Program-made: the position numbers and the translations under genes
Shown: positions 12,752 through 25,900 of the stretch, piece by piece
How the letters are laid out: each line of letters starts with the position of its first letter
How positions within the stretch are numbered: position 1 is the first letter of the stretch
Source of the DNA: Basidiobolus meristosporus CBS 931.73
Taxonomy: Eukaryota > Fungi > Basidiobolomycota
Assembly: GCA_002104905.1 (NCBI GenBank)
Contig: MCFE01000296.1
Coordinates: forward strand, 1-64,000
Length of the DNA stretch: 64,000 bases
Reading direction: 5' to 3'
The notes under the pieces: model-generated
Database searches by the model: none
The model's input: only the letters and a program-made list of their open reading frames with translations
What the model was told of the DNA's origin: nothing

Positions 12752-15419
12752 ACAGTGAATGAGCAGTGGCACAAAGCCATTGTGTTCCCCCCAAAGTTGT
12801 GGAACCAGAGCGTTACAGCAGAAATACGTATTGAGTGATGGATCTAAATGGAGTTACTGGCTGAATGTAGGGTTGGGCTTAGTATTAGTATAGGGCATAG
12901 GGACTTGTATAGGTCAATAGAATTGGCAATTGAGATACAACTGAAGCTTTGACAGAAATAAATCAATTTTTACACATGAAAAGCAAGAGAAACGTTTGAG
13001 CCAGGAAGTAAGGAGTGTGAAAAAGAGGCAATAGCCAATCAATGCACACAAATGTAGGAGGCAATAGAGTGTCTGGGATCAGAAAGTGAGCAAATTGGCA
13101 GTGAACCAAGCAAAAGCCACTTATACATTGTTGTGAAACCTGAGGTGCAAATATTTTTCAACTGTCTCTGGATGGTGTCCAGACAGGATCAGCACCTCTT
13201 AGTCACAGGACTTTAATTTTGTGGCGGCCTTTGATGGGATCCTCTCAATAATTTTTATGGAGAGATCAGAAGAATTGTGATTGATCAAGTTACTGCCAAG
13301 CTCTGCAACTCAAAAATCTGATGTATTGGAGTCTTATTCCAATGTTTGGATGAAACCACCTTTCAAATGCTGCTTATTTGATCAAATATGGTCAACTTTA
13401 TCAAAAGCTATGATTGATCTAAGTGGAAGTTGATTTTGATTATATCACTCTCAAACAACCAAATATTCTAGACTAATGATGCTGTGAGGACTTCTATACA
13501 CAAACACACCATGGCCCCACCTGTAAGGCAGTTCAGAACCATCCCACAAGCAGAATTTCCCCTGGGTCATCAGCTGATAAAGAAACAGAATAAAAATGGA
13601 AAAATATTACTACTGCAAATTAGGGTACTTCTCATATGTTGTCCAAGCCTATTTAGGCTATATTTGGACTATGTGGCAATACTGAAGACACTGAGAAGAT
13701 GAGTTAGCCTTGCAAACCAAGCTCAAGGCTGAAAATATCTATCAGGAGAATAGTAATAATCAAAGCCCATATTAAGGAAAATCTCACTTCTGGAAAAGCA
13801 TCAATCTCTACTCTACAGCTATATTCTAAGAAGACAAAAGCAGCTGTATCAATCCAAATCAGTGGAGCACTCAAAAAATAGCTACTAAAGAAACACTGGG
13901 ACTTTCTGATACCAAACTGCGTAAATCAAGAAGTGAATAGACTTTAAATCTTTTGTGAAAGAAGTATTCAACTCCAAGAAAGTCATTGATACTCAAGGAA
14001 GACAAAGATGACCATTCCAGAGCATTTTTGTAAATCTGAGTGACTAAACAAATATGGTTCAAGTGGGAGTGGGCCATCCAAGCTCAGAGTTGAGCAAAAA
14101 CCTTTTTTTTGGCTATGCTGTGTGTGCTGCAGTGCCAGGAAATGAGGATAATCTGGATCAGGCATTAATGACAATACCTTAACCTAGTCCAATATAGGTC
14201 ATTTCTTTAGCCTCATATGGATTCTATATGATGGATATAGCTGTCCCTGAGCCTAATATGGACATACAGTAAAGTTGTCTAAATGAATTAGACTGTTGCC
14301 CAGAAATATGGAAACTGCATATCTATTATAGATGACAAAACCCTAGTTTGACCAAAAGTGAGTCAATTTTGCACAAATAAGAAGCATTTGATAGCCCAGA
14401 GGCTATATATCATCATTATGATCTCACAATTAGACTCAGCAGATTATTTAAGCCCATGCAAGGGATCAAAGATGATGATTAGCATTTTAATCAGAGTATT
14501 CTTATTTTTAGGCATATAATTAAATAGATACACACATTGATTTAGATGTTACATTTTCAATGAAGTTGAGCACAAATGCATATACTGTTAGATAATATAT
14601 CATTCCAGTATGCAACACATTTGAATTTTACATGCTTATGGAAGATTGCACATCCTCAATATGTATTTACTACTCATCAATATTTTGTTGAGTGGGAGTG
14701 TTGTAATTATTAAGTTGACACCTAAATATTCATGTTAGCTTAGTCACATAGCTCTTATTCATCCTGACCAAATTTCCTGTTGGGATTTACTTGGAATATT
14801 TTCACCAAATTATCAGGTAGCCTGATTACAAACTTTCTCAAAGTTGTCCAAAGGCCCCAACTTTGCATACATATTCTTGGGATCTTCACTAATAAGCTCT
14901 GCATGTTTGTTTGCTCTACTTTATCAAAAGTATAATTAACTACTTTTGAACAATAAATCTACAAGTGAATAACATGTGAATCCATTAGTACTCCACATTG
15001 CTTCCAATACTCCTCAGAATATTGCAACAATAATCTATTTGTTCTCCCAATCACTTTCAATAACTCCAAGACTCTTTCAACAAATGCTGATCACAGGTGT
15101 ACAAGTTGCCAAGAGAGTCAATAAGGAAGTAGTTTTGGTGTGCAAAGTGAACCTCTACCATATGCCTCAGTAATTATCCCTATGAGAAAAGAAACTAGGA
15201 ACTGATGATGATATTGCATTGACTTACTATGATTTGCCTTTATCCAAACAACACATATTTTCCTTAGCAATTCAAATGCAATCCCAATCAATTCCTTGCA
15301 AACCAATTATCACTCTAATTTGGGGCTTATTTGCTTGATAGTTGATATGGGAGATTTGATGAAAGTCTGGTAGCTTGTACAGCTTTAAAATCCTTTTAGA
15401 TCAGTAAGCCACCAACATC

Positions 15420-15740
15420 TCATCCAATTAGACAATGGTAACCAAAAAGGAAAGTATCAGTATAGATTATAGTGTGATATGTATTTGTTTCCTCTGCATA
15501 AAAGAAACCTATCCAAAAACCTGATTTTACCTACTGTAATAGTAATATCTAGTTGTGCACATGTGACCTACATTACAGCTTGGCACAATTGTTTGTTCCA
15601 ACCTTTTTATGTCAGTCTATAGCATAGTGTTCAAAAATGTCCTTCAGTGCAAATTGTCCAAGAACAATACTGTCTACTGGTAGCTGCACTAGTGCACCCA
15701 ATTGTTTTTAGAGACTGTGGAGTGAGCTGCATGCCCTGGC
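15420..15740. repeat. Diverged relative of Harbinger subterminal region 5450-5760
   Basis: Shared blocks atggtaaccaaaa.gg.aagtatcag, aagaaacctatccaaa and aaattgtccaagaacaat.ctg.ct.ctggtagct. Confidence 0.6.
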
Positions 15741-16099
15741 ACAATACAAAGGAACAAATCTGATAATTTGGTGAAAGTATTCAAAGTAACCCCTGGCAAG
15801 GATTTTGATAAGTGTTTTCTGCAACAAGTAGACAATAATTGCAGTGACTAAGTTATGAAAGTATTTAGGTGAGATTACAAAATTTGCAACAAAAGGAACT
15901 ACATATATATGCTTAAGATACATTAATAAAAATTCAGAACTGGATCTTTTAGGATATGCTAAAGCTGATTAGGGATGTTATACAACAGACAGAAGATCCA
16001 CCACAGGTATCATCTTTGCACACTGTCAGCAAACAACTTCATAGAGTTAAGAAGGCAGCCAACAGTAGTCCTTCCTACCCCAGAGGCAGAGGTATAGTA

Positions 16100-17110
16100 G
16101 CTGGTGAGGCTACAAAGGAGTCAATATGGCTAAGGCAGCTCATTAAGAATACTTGCCTGCATTAATCAATCTCCACTAAAATACTTCAAGAAAATTGATG
16201 GGGTATACAATTAGTTAGGAATCAAATTTTGATGCTACTGCTAAGCATATAGATATAAAAAATCATTTCATGCAGGAAGCTAAAGAGAATAGCTTAGTTA
16301 ACTTAGTCTATCATCCTGAAGATGAATGGATTGCAGACATATAAACAAAACTATTGGCCAAAGACCAATTTTTGTTGTAAATATTAGTAGTTCTACCTAG
16401 TTATTAACCTTACTTAGTTGCCAAGAGCATTACCCACCAATATTAGAAAAATCTGACCAAAATCTCTGTTGGGATTTACCAAAAATATTTTCTAAAATAT
16501 CATACACCCAAAACTATTTGTCTAAAAGCTCTAAACTTTGCACACATAATCTTGGGACCTTCATAAGCATATCCTATATATTATTTTTGCCAAGACCATG
16601 TAGAAGTATACATACTACACTTACATTAAATAAAATATTAGGTGAGAGCCACATAATCTGATTGAGTATCCCATCACTTCCAAAATCCCCAAGACTCAAA
16701 TAACAGCTTAAATATCTGAAATCACTATTGGGACTTGTGACTGTGACTGCTTAGTTAAGTGATATATATATGAAAGCATGTAATTGCACCTAAATATTTA
16801 CCTAATTGAGTCATTTGTATCACTGTCTACAAGTCTTAAGATTTCTGCTCAAGTTACCTGTTGGGATTTTTGTAGAATACTCTTACCAAAATACTGGGTA
16901 CCCAGAGCATAAAGCTTTAAAAATTGGCCAAACAGCCCAACACTTTGCAAACATGTTTGTGTGGCCATTTTAAGCATATACTTTGGATTGATTTCACCAC
17001 AAGCATGTAAAAAAAAAATACTCTTTTACATACAATAAGCCATTAAGTGAAAACTACATAATTTACTAGTTCTTCCAGTCACTTGCAGTATCTTTGAGAT
17101 TCTTGCAGCA
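16100..17110 (+). mobile_element. 3' end of another copia copy: RNase H remnant interrupted by an LTR (16373-16705) and followed by a partial LTR
   Basis: EATKESIWLRQL...KHIDIKNHF...WIADI before the LTR, and KYLKSLLGLV* resuming after it. Confidence 0.7.
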
Positions 17111-17497
17111 ATTCTGGATATACTTTAGCACTATCCCATCCAAAGAAGCTCATACAGTCCAATAGATACAATCATGGTAAAAAGTACAATACTCAGTGTC
17201 AATCATTCATTATCCCTGTTGTAAAAGTTTGTGATTCATCTAAACATTTGCCTAACTTAGTCACTTAGACCATTGCCTTCAAGTCCTAGGGAATACTGAC
17301 CAAATTCCTTGTCAGGATTCACTTTTAATATTATTACAACAATACCAGGTATCCAAAACATAATAATTCTCAAAGTTGTCCAAACAGCCCCAAACTTTTC
17401 ACACATATTCTTGGGACCTTCCTTAGTCTACTCTATGTGCTTGTAGTGCCAGGATCATGTTAAAGTACAAATACTACTTTTACATTCAATAAATCAT

Positions 17498-18233
17498 TAG
17501 ACTTGTTCCGTTGGATAGTGCCACATTGAGCCATGAGTGCCAAATGATGCCATAGTGTGCCAGGGAGGCTAAGTGAGCCTATACTTGGCCACAGAGTGTG
17601 AAACATAGATCTGCATCTTCATGCAAAGCAGCCCCTGTGTTTCACCAATTGTGTTGGAGAAAATCCACTTTTTGACCTTTTTTATTAGGTCAATGTTGTG
17701 CAGGATGTGTAAGAGCACAAAAGGATTGAAAATATGCATCAGGTACTCAATACCCATGGCACTCTGAATCTAGCTCCTGTGGCTTGTAACATGTCACAAC
17801 AATGCATGGCACTATCTTGGTCCACTGGTACTATCTGGCACTATATTTAATTATTAGCCCTAAAGTAAGATCTATACAAAGCACTTATAGTGCCAGATAG
17901 TACCAGTGGACCAAGATAGTGCCATGCATTGTTGTGACATGTTACAAGCCACAGGAGCTAGATTCAGAGTGCCATGGGTATTGAGTACCTGATGCATGTC
18001 TTCAGTTCTTCTGTGCTCTTACACATCCTGCATAACATTGATCCACAAAAAAACGTCAAAAAATGGATTTTCTCCTGCATCATAGGTGAAACACAGGGGC
18101 TGCTTTGCATGAAGATGCAGATCCATGTTTCATACTCTGTGGCCAAGTATAGGCTCACTTGGCCCCTCTGGTACACAATGGCATCATTTGGCACTCATGG
18201 CTCAATGTGGCACTATCCAACGGAACAAGTCTA
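17498..18233. mobile_element. Non-autonomous Harbinger-type fold-back element, copy 2 (348-bp arms, 40-nt loop)
   Basis: TAGACTTG...CAAGTCTA ends. The outer ~56 bp and inner ~112 bp are perfectly inverted. Followed by TTA in the host LTR. Confidence 0.9.
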
Positions 18234-18333
18234 TTAGGTGAAAGCCACATAATCTACTTGTCCCCCCAAATCACTTCTAATATCTCCAAGACTCTTACAA
18301 CTGGTTACAAGCCCCAAGCTGCCACTCTCTGCA

Positions 18334-21300
18334 ATGTCAACTACTGCCAATTATGGAATATTCCCCTCTGCTGAAAAGTTGGATGGATCTAACTACCAAG
18401 TGTGGAAGGTGAAGATGAAGATGAAGATGCTGCTACAAGAAAGAGGCCTCTGGGATATGGTCATGGGAGAAAAATGCCCTCCTAAAAATGTGGCCAAGGA
18501 AGCCTTAAAGTACCAGACAAAAGAACAAAGTGCCTTTAACTGCATTTGCCTTAATGTTGAAGAAAATTGCTAATTCAATGCTCAATAGCAAAAATGGCAA
18601 AGAGTGCCTGGAGGGTATTAGAAGACACCTACCAGTCATGTTCAGCTGCTGAGAAAATGTATCTTAGACAAAATTCTTTCAGAGTCTTGTATCAGCCTAG
18701 AGTCCAGAACTGATTTTGACCTTAAATTATATATATTGAGGGCTCCAAGATGAAGAATTAGGAACATCAAGTGCCAATAAGAAGGAAGAAGAAAACGCCT
18801 TAATGAGCAATGATAACCAACAAAGGAGGCACCCAAGGCCCTAAAAAGGCAACAGCATCCTGTTTTGCAACTATTGCAAAAGGAAAGAAGACACATCAGA
18901 CCAGGGTCTCAAAAAGGGAGATAATCAGCAAAAGAAGCCTGAATATGGAAATGCTGCAACAGCTAAAGATAGAATATTCATATCTGCACTAAATATGACC
19001 ACAAACAAGGATTCTCAGATGTGGTATATTGAGTCTGGAGCATCTCAACACTTTACACACCAAAAAGAACTTTTTACCCAATACCAAGAAATTATAATTA
19101 AGAAGGTTTTCATGGGTGACAATAGAACAATTGATGCTGTGGGAGAAGGAACTATCCAAGCAAATCTTAGATGCAGCAAAGGAAGCCATACACTGACCTA
19201 TAAGGAAGTACTCTATGTAACAGAAATAGTCAAGAACCTACTATCAGCAAACAAGGCCACTGCTGAAGGACTCAGTTTCAGCTTTGACAATTTTGGATGC
19301 TGTATCACTGATCAAAATGATGCCCATATTGCTTTGGGTATCAGAGATCAGAATCTATACAGGTTGACTTATACTCCATCATATTTGGAGGCCAATATAA
19401 GTAACTTAAATGAAGAAACACCAATGCATTGGCACAGGAGATTTGGGCACATCAATTTTGATTATTTGCACAAAATGATCAAAGACCAGTTATTTTCCAG
19501 AGTAAAAGTTGATCCCCCAGCTAATTTGGAGCACTGTGAAGCCTGAATCTATGGGAAACAAGCCAGACAATTGTTCAAGAGCTATGGGCTAATCAAAACT
19601 AAGAAAAAACTAGATCTAATCCACTTGGATCTTTGTGGACCTATGCAAAATTTATCCTTAGGCAGGATGAATTGTTTAGTCACTTTGTTGATAATTATGC
19701 AAGACAAACATAGGTCTACTTCATAGAGAGAAAGGAAGAAGCTCTGTCTAAGCTCTGGGAGTTTAAAGCCATAGTGGAGAGAGAAACAGGTGAAGAAATC
19801 AAGAAAATATGCTCTAACAACTGGTGGAGAATATACCCCAAACACTTCATCCACTTCAGCAAAATTCATGGGATAAAGCAAGAGACTACTGTACCATACT
19901 CCCCACAGCACAATAGAGTAGCAGAATGTGCAAAGAGATTAATAACTGATATGGCAAGATCTATGATCTATGATCAAAAATTATCCTATGATTTTTGGGT
20001 GGAATCAGTTGCCACATCTGCATACCTTAGAAATAGGAGTTATAACAGAATACCTTGTGATTCTAATTCACTTGAAGCACAGTTTGGATGCAGACCAAGT
20101 GCAGAGCATCTAAGAATATTTGGGTGAGCAGCATATTCCAAGAAACTGCCCGGAAATTAGTCAAAATTTGAGCCAAAAAGCTTAAAAAGCATATTTTTGG
20201 GCTCCACCTATGAGAGCAAAGCATACTGACTCTACAATACCAAAGCAAAGAAGCTAATAAAGTCCAGGGATATTTTGCTCAATGAAAATATATGATTTTC
20301 CCAAAAAAAGACATCAGTTGATGATAAAAATTTAATCTCAAGTCCACCAATGGTCCGGATTGAATCAGAGCACAACAGTGAAAACCTTTTCAATCCATAG
20401 GACTCTACAACTGTGGTTCAGCCTGAATCAGTGCTCAGAAATATCCCAGAAATGATCATTCCAGTATCAAATGCCAGGAGATCCAACCAGACAAGAATTA
20501 CCCCAAATTACTATATCAATGAGGGTACAAACTTAGCCTATGCCTATTCAGTCCATATTGAAGAACCCTAGACTGTAAAAGAGGCCCTAAATAGCCCTCA
20601 GACAAAGTTTTTGAGATCTGCAATGACTGAGGAATATCAGGCCCTGATGGAAAATCAAACTTGGGACTTAGTCAAATTACCAATGAACCAAGTATCAATT
20701 TGATGCTGATGGGTCTTCAAGACAAAGTATAAGGCTGATGGTACAATTGAAAGATACAAAGCAAGACTTGTAGCCAAAGGATACTCTCAAAGAAAAGGGC
20801 TTGACTATACTGAAACCTTTGCACTGTTGTAAGAGTCTTGGATTTATTGGAAGTGATTTGGAGAACAAGTAGATTATGTGATTTTCACTTAATGATTTAT
20901 TGAATGTAAAAGTAGTATTTATACTTTTACCTGGTCTTGGCATAGCAAACACATACAATAGGTTAAGGAAGGTCCCAAGAGCATGTGTGCAAAGCTTGGG
21001 GCTGTTTGGACAACTTTGAAAATTTTGATGTTCTGAGTACCCGGTATTTTGGTGAAAATATTCTAAGTGAATCCCAACAAGTAATTTGGTCAGTGTTCTC
21101 TAGGATTTGAAGGTAATGATCTAAGTAACTAAGTTAGGTGAATATTTAAGTAGAAATACAAATTTTTACAACATGCACCAGTTGCTATGTTTAATTCCAT
21201 CACATTAATCTTGTCTATTGCAGCCAACTATAAGTTTTAAATATCAAATGGATGTATAAGCTGCATTTTTGAATGGGGAACTTGATGAGGATGTGTATAT

Positions 21301-22486
21301 GGACCAGTCTGATGGGCTTGCTGACCAAGATAACCCCCATCTGATCTGCAAGCTTAAAGAATCTCTATATGGTCTCAGACAATTGCCAAGAGCCTGGAAT
21401 TGCAAGATAGATTCTTATTTGGAATCTTTGAGTTTCAAAAGGAGTAATGCTGACTATAGTATATACTATAAGCCAGATAGAGCAAATCCAGTTCTATTAG
21501 CTCTATATGTGGATGACCTTAATATAGCCACCAATAACCTAGAAACACTGGAGGAGACTAAGTCCAGCTAATCTAAAGAGTTCAAGATGTCAAATCTAGG
21601 AGAACTCAGTTACTACTTAGGAATTAAGTTCTCCATACACAGAAGCACCTAGACTATCACCCTAAGCCAGTCCAGGCATATTCAAGATATACTAAAGAAG
21701 TACCAAATGGAAAACTGTAAATTGGCAGCTACCGGAATGGAGATAACCCTTAACTTGGTCTAAACTCAACCATATCAAGAGATTTTAGTGCCACCTGAAA
21801 GCCCTGACTTTTTTTATCAATCTATGGTTGGCAGTCTGATGTATATCATGCTTGGAACATGTCCAGATATCTTATATTCTGCAGGAGTTGTCAGCCAGCA
21901 TAATCAGAACTATAGATCTGATCATATTGCAGCAGTTCAGCGGATTTTTAGATATCAGAAAGGAACTATTGATGTCTGCATAAGATACACTTATAAGGAT
22001 TCAGAAAAGGGTCTTGTGGTATACTCTGATGCTGATTGGGGACAAAATTTAGAAGACAGAAGATGCACCACAGGATACACCTTTCTTTACTTTCAAGGAG
22101 CAATTTCATGGAATTCAAGAAAGCAACCAGCTGTAGCACTTTTGACCATAGAGGCAAAGTATTTGGCAGCCTGTGAAGCTACAAAAGAAGCAATGTGGTT
22201 AAGAAAGCTTTTTACAGATTTAGGCCTCAGTCAAAAAGCACCAATTAGTCCATTTCAAGATAATCAAGGATGTAAGCAATTAGGTAGAAATCCAGTTTTT
22301 CATGCTAGAACTAAGCACATAAATATTAGACATCATTTCATACATGAAGCTATAGAGAATAACTTAGTTAGCTTAGTTTAGTGTCTATCAGATGAAATGA
22401 TTGCAAACATATTTACCAAACCACTAGCCAGAGACAAGTTTGAATATCTTAGGTCAATATTAGGACTAGTCAGTATAAACATTTAG
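18334..22486 (+). pseudogene. gag-pol of copia element A (stops and frameshifts)
   Basis: LDGSNYQVW gag, WYIESGAS protease, HWHRRFGH, integrase TPQHNRVAE, RT ETFAPVA/LYVDD, RNase H YSDADWG. Confidence 0.92.
20825..21173 (-). repeat. Solo LTR inserted antisense in RT of element A
   Basis: TGTTG...CAACA, 349 bp, TSD TGCAC on both sides. Removal restores GAAACCTTTGCACCAGTTGCT (ETFAPVA). Confidence 0.95.
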
Positions 22487-22986
22487 CTGAGTGGAAGTGT
22501 TGTAAAATTTGTAATTCCACCTCAATACTCACCTTACTTAGTCACTTAGATCATAGCCTTCAAATCCTAGGGAATACTGACCAAATTCCTTGTTGGGATT
22601 TACTTGGAATATTTTTACCAAAATACTGTTGTAAGAGTCTTGGAGATATTGGAAGTGATTTGGAGAACAAGTAGATTATGTGATTTTCACTTAATGATTT
22701 ATTGAATGTAAAAGTAGTATTTATACTTTTACTTGGTCTTGGCATTACAAACATGTAAAATAGGTTAAGGAAGGTCCCAAGAACATGTGTGCCAAGTTTA
22801 GGGCTGTTTGGACAACTTTGAGAATTTCCATGCTCTGGGTACCTGATATTTTGGTGAAAATATTCTAAGTAAATCCCAACAAGTAATTTGGTCAGTATTC
22901 TCTAGGATTTGAAGGTAATGATCTATGTGACTAAGTTAGGTGAATATTTAGGTGGAAATACAAATTTTTACAACACTCCCACTCAG

Positions 22987-25900
22987 CTAAATGTTCATAC
23001 TGACTAGTCCTAGTTTTGACCTAAGATATTCAAACTTGTCTCTAGCTAATGATTTGGTAAATATGTCTGCAATCATTTCATACATAGGACAGTAAACTAA
23101 GCTAACTAAGTTATTCTCTATAGCTTCATGTATGAAATGATGTCTAATATTTATGTGCTTAGTTCTAGCATGAAAAGTTGGATTTCTACCTAATTGCTTA
23201 CATCCTTGATTATCTTGAAATAAAGTGATAGGCATTTTTTGACATAGGCCTAAATCTGTAAACAGCTTTCTTAACCACATTGCTTCTTTTGTAGCTTCAC
23301 AGGCTGTCATATACTCTGCCTCTGTGGTGGAAAGTGCTACAGTTGGTTGCTTTCTTGAATTCCATGAAATTGCTCCTTTAAGTCAAGAAAGGTGTATCCT
23401 GTGGTGGATCTTCTGTCTTCTAAATTTTGTCCCCAATCAGCATCAGAGTATCCCACAAGATCCTGTTCTGAATCCTTATAAGTATATCTTAAACAGATAT
23501 CAGCAGTTCTTTTTAGGTATCTAAAAATCCGCTTAACTGCTGCAATATGATCAGATCCATGGTTCTGATTATGTTGGCTGACAACTCCCACTGAATATGG
23601 GATATCTGGACGTGTTCTAAGCATGCTATACATCAGACTGCTGACCACAGACTGATATGGAAAGTCAGGGCTTTCAGATGGCACCAAGCTCTCTTGATTT
23701 GGTTGAGTTTTGATCAAGTTAAGGTTTGTCTCCATTGGGGTAGCTGCCGGTTTACAGTCTTCCATTTTGTACTTCTTTAGCATATTTTGAATATACTTGG
23801 ATTGGCTTAGGGTGATAGTCTGGGTACTTCTGTCTATGGAGAACTTAATCCCTAAGTAGTAACTGAGTTCTCCTAGATCGGACATCTTGAACTCTTTAGA
23901 TAGGCTGGATTTAGTCTCTTCCAATGTTGCTAGGTTATTGGTGGCTATAATAAGATCATCCACATATAGAGCTAATAGAGCTGGACTTGCTCTATCTGGC
24001 TTATAATATATACTATAGTCAGCATTACTTCTTTTGAAACTCAAAGATTCCAAATAAGAATCTATCTTGCAATTCCAGGCTCTTAGTGATTGTTTGAGAC
24101 CATATAGTGACTTTTTAAGCTTACAGACCAAATGGGGGTTATCTTGGTCAGCAAACCCATCAGGCTGGTCCATATACATGTCCTCAGCAAGTTCTCCATT
24201 CAAAAATGCAGTTTTTACATGCATTTGATGAATAAAAAACTTATAGTTGGCTGCAATAGCCAATATTAATCTGATGGAATTAAACTTGGCTACCGGTGCA
24301 AAGGTCTCAGTATAGTCAAGTCCTTTTGTTTGAGAGTATCCTTTGGCCACAAGTCTTGCTTTGTATCTTTCAATTGTACCATCAGCCTTGTATTTTGTCT
24401 TGAAGACCCATCTGCATCCAATTGATTTTTGGTTGATTGGTAATTTGACTAAGTCCCAAGTTTAATTTTCCATTAGGGCCTGATATTCCTCAGTCATTGC
24501 AGATCTCCAAAACTTTGTCTGAGGGCTATTTAGGGCCTCTGTTACAGTCTGGGGCTCATCAATATGGACTGAATAGGCATAGGCTAAGTTTGTACCCTCA
24601 TTGATATAGTAATTTGGGCTATTTCTTGTCTGATTGGATCTCTGGGCATTTGACACTGGAATGATCACTTCTGGGATATTCCTGGGCACTGATTCTGGCT
24701 AAACCACGGTTGTAGAGTCCTCTGGAGTGAAAAAATTTTCATTGTTTTGCTCTGATTCATTCCAGACCATTGGTGGACTTGAGATCAAATTTTTGTCATC
24801 ATCTGATGTCATTTTTTGTGAAAATTTTGAATTTTCATCAAACAACACATCCCTGGACTTGATCAGCTTCTTTGCTTTGGTATTGTAGAGTCTGTATGCC
24901 TTACTCTCATTGCAGTAGCCCAAAAATATGGACTTTACACTTTTTGGCTCAAATTTTGACTGATTTCCAGCCAGTTTTTTGGCATATGCTGTACACCCAA
25001 ATATTCTTAGATGTTCTGCACTTGGTCTGTATCCATGCCATGCTTCAAATGGAGTAGAATCTCAAAGTATTCTGTTATAGCTCCTACTTTTAAGGTATAC
25101 AGCAGTGGCAACTGATTCCACCCAAAAATCATAGGATAATTTTTGATCATGGATCATAGATCTAGCCATATCAATTATTGATCTGTTAGCTTGTTCTGCT
25201 ACTCCATTTTGCGGTGGGGAGTATGGTACAGTAGTCTCTTGCTTTATCCCATGAATTTTGCAGAAATGGATGAAGAGTTTTGAGGTATATTCTCCACCAT
25301 TGTCAGAGCATATTTTTGTGATTTTTTCACCAGTTTCTCACTCCACCATGGCTTTAAACTCCCTGAACTTAGACAGAGCTTCTTCCTATCTCTCCATGAA
25401 GTAGACCCATGTGTATCTTGTATAATCATCAATAAAAGTGATTAAATACTTCATCCCACCTAAGGATAAATTTTACATAGGTCCACACAGATCTGAGTGA
25501 ATTAGATCTAATTTTTTCTTAGTTTTGATTAGCCCAGAGCTCTTGAACAGTTGTCTGGCTTGTTTCCCATATATGCAGGCTTCCCAGTGCTCCAAATTAG
25601 CTGGGGGATCAATTTTCACTCCAGAAATTAGCTGATCTTTGATCATTTTGCGCAAATAATCAGAATTGATGTGTCCAAATCTCCTGTGCCAAAGCATTGG
25701 TGTTTCTTCATCAAAGTTACTTATATTGGCTTCCAGGTATGAAGGAATATAAGTCAACTTGTATAGATTCTGATCCACAATACCCAATGTACTATGGGCA
25801 CCATTTTGATCAATGATCTAGCATCCAGAATTGTCAGAACTGAAACTGAGTCCTTCTGCTGTGGCCTTGCTTACAGAGAGTAGGTTCTTAGCTATTTCTG

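Larger units (their letters stand above)
6497..15029 (+). mobile_element. Degenerate Ty1/copia element (5' LTR 6497-6845, 3' LTR 14699-15029) carrying a CACTA insertion
   Basis: TSD ATAAT at 6492-96 and 15030-34. PBS at 6846, PPT gagtgggag at 14690-98, and an integrase remnant SNAAYLIK near 13360. Confidence 0.8.
1752..15082 (+). repeat. Host copia LTR split in three pieces (1752-2026, 6477-6496, 15030-15082) by nested insertions
   Basis: Begins TGTTGTAAA at 1752. Family consensus resumes as ttaagtgaatactacataat at 6477 and as ataatctatttgttctccc...actctttcaaca at 15030-15082. Confidence 0.8.

Noticed and set aside
7740-13270. CACTA terminal inverted repeats
   Set aside because: No convincing CACTA/CACTG...TAGTG/CAGTG pair with a TSD was found by eye, so element limits are left open.
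18303-18314. Ancestral PBS GGTTACGAGCCC (non-Met primer) inferred from the TG versus CA variants
   Set aside because: Two of three copies have TG, which matches tRNA-iMet. The CA copy is explained by T-to-C followed by CpG decay, and a single copy is insufficient evidence.
17569-18374. Mirror-image ORFs MGIEYLMH... on both strands (also at 5583-6480)
   Set aside because: They arise automatically from the inverted repeat; the frames are broken differently between copies and contain no domain.
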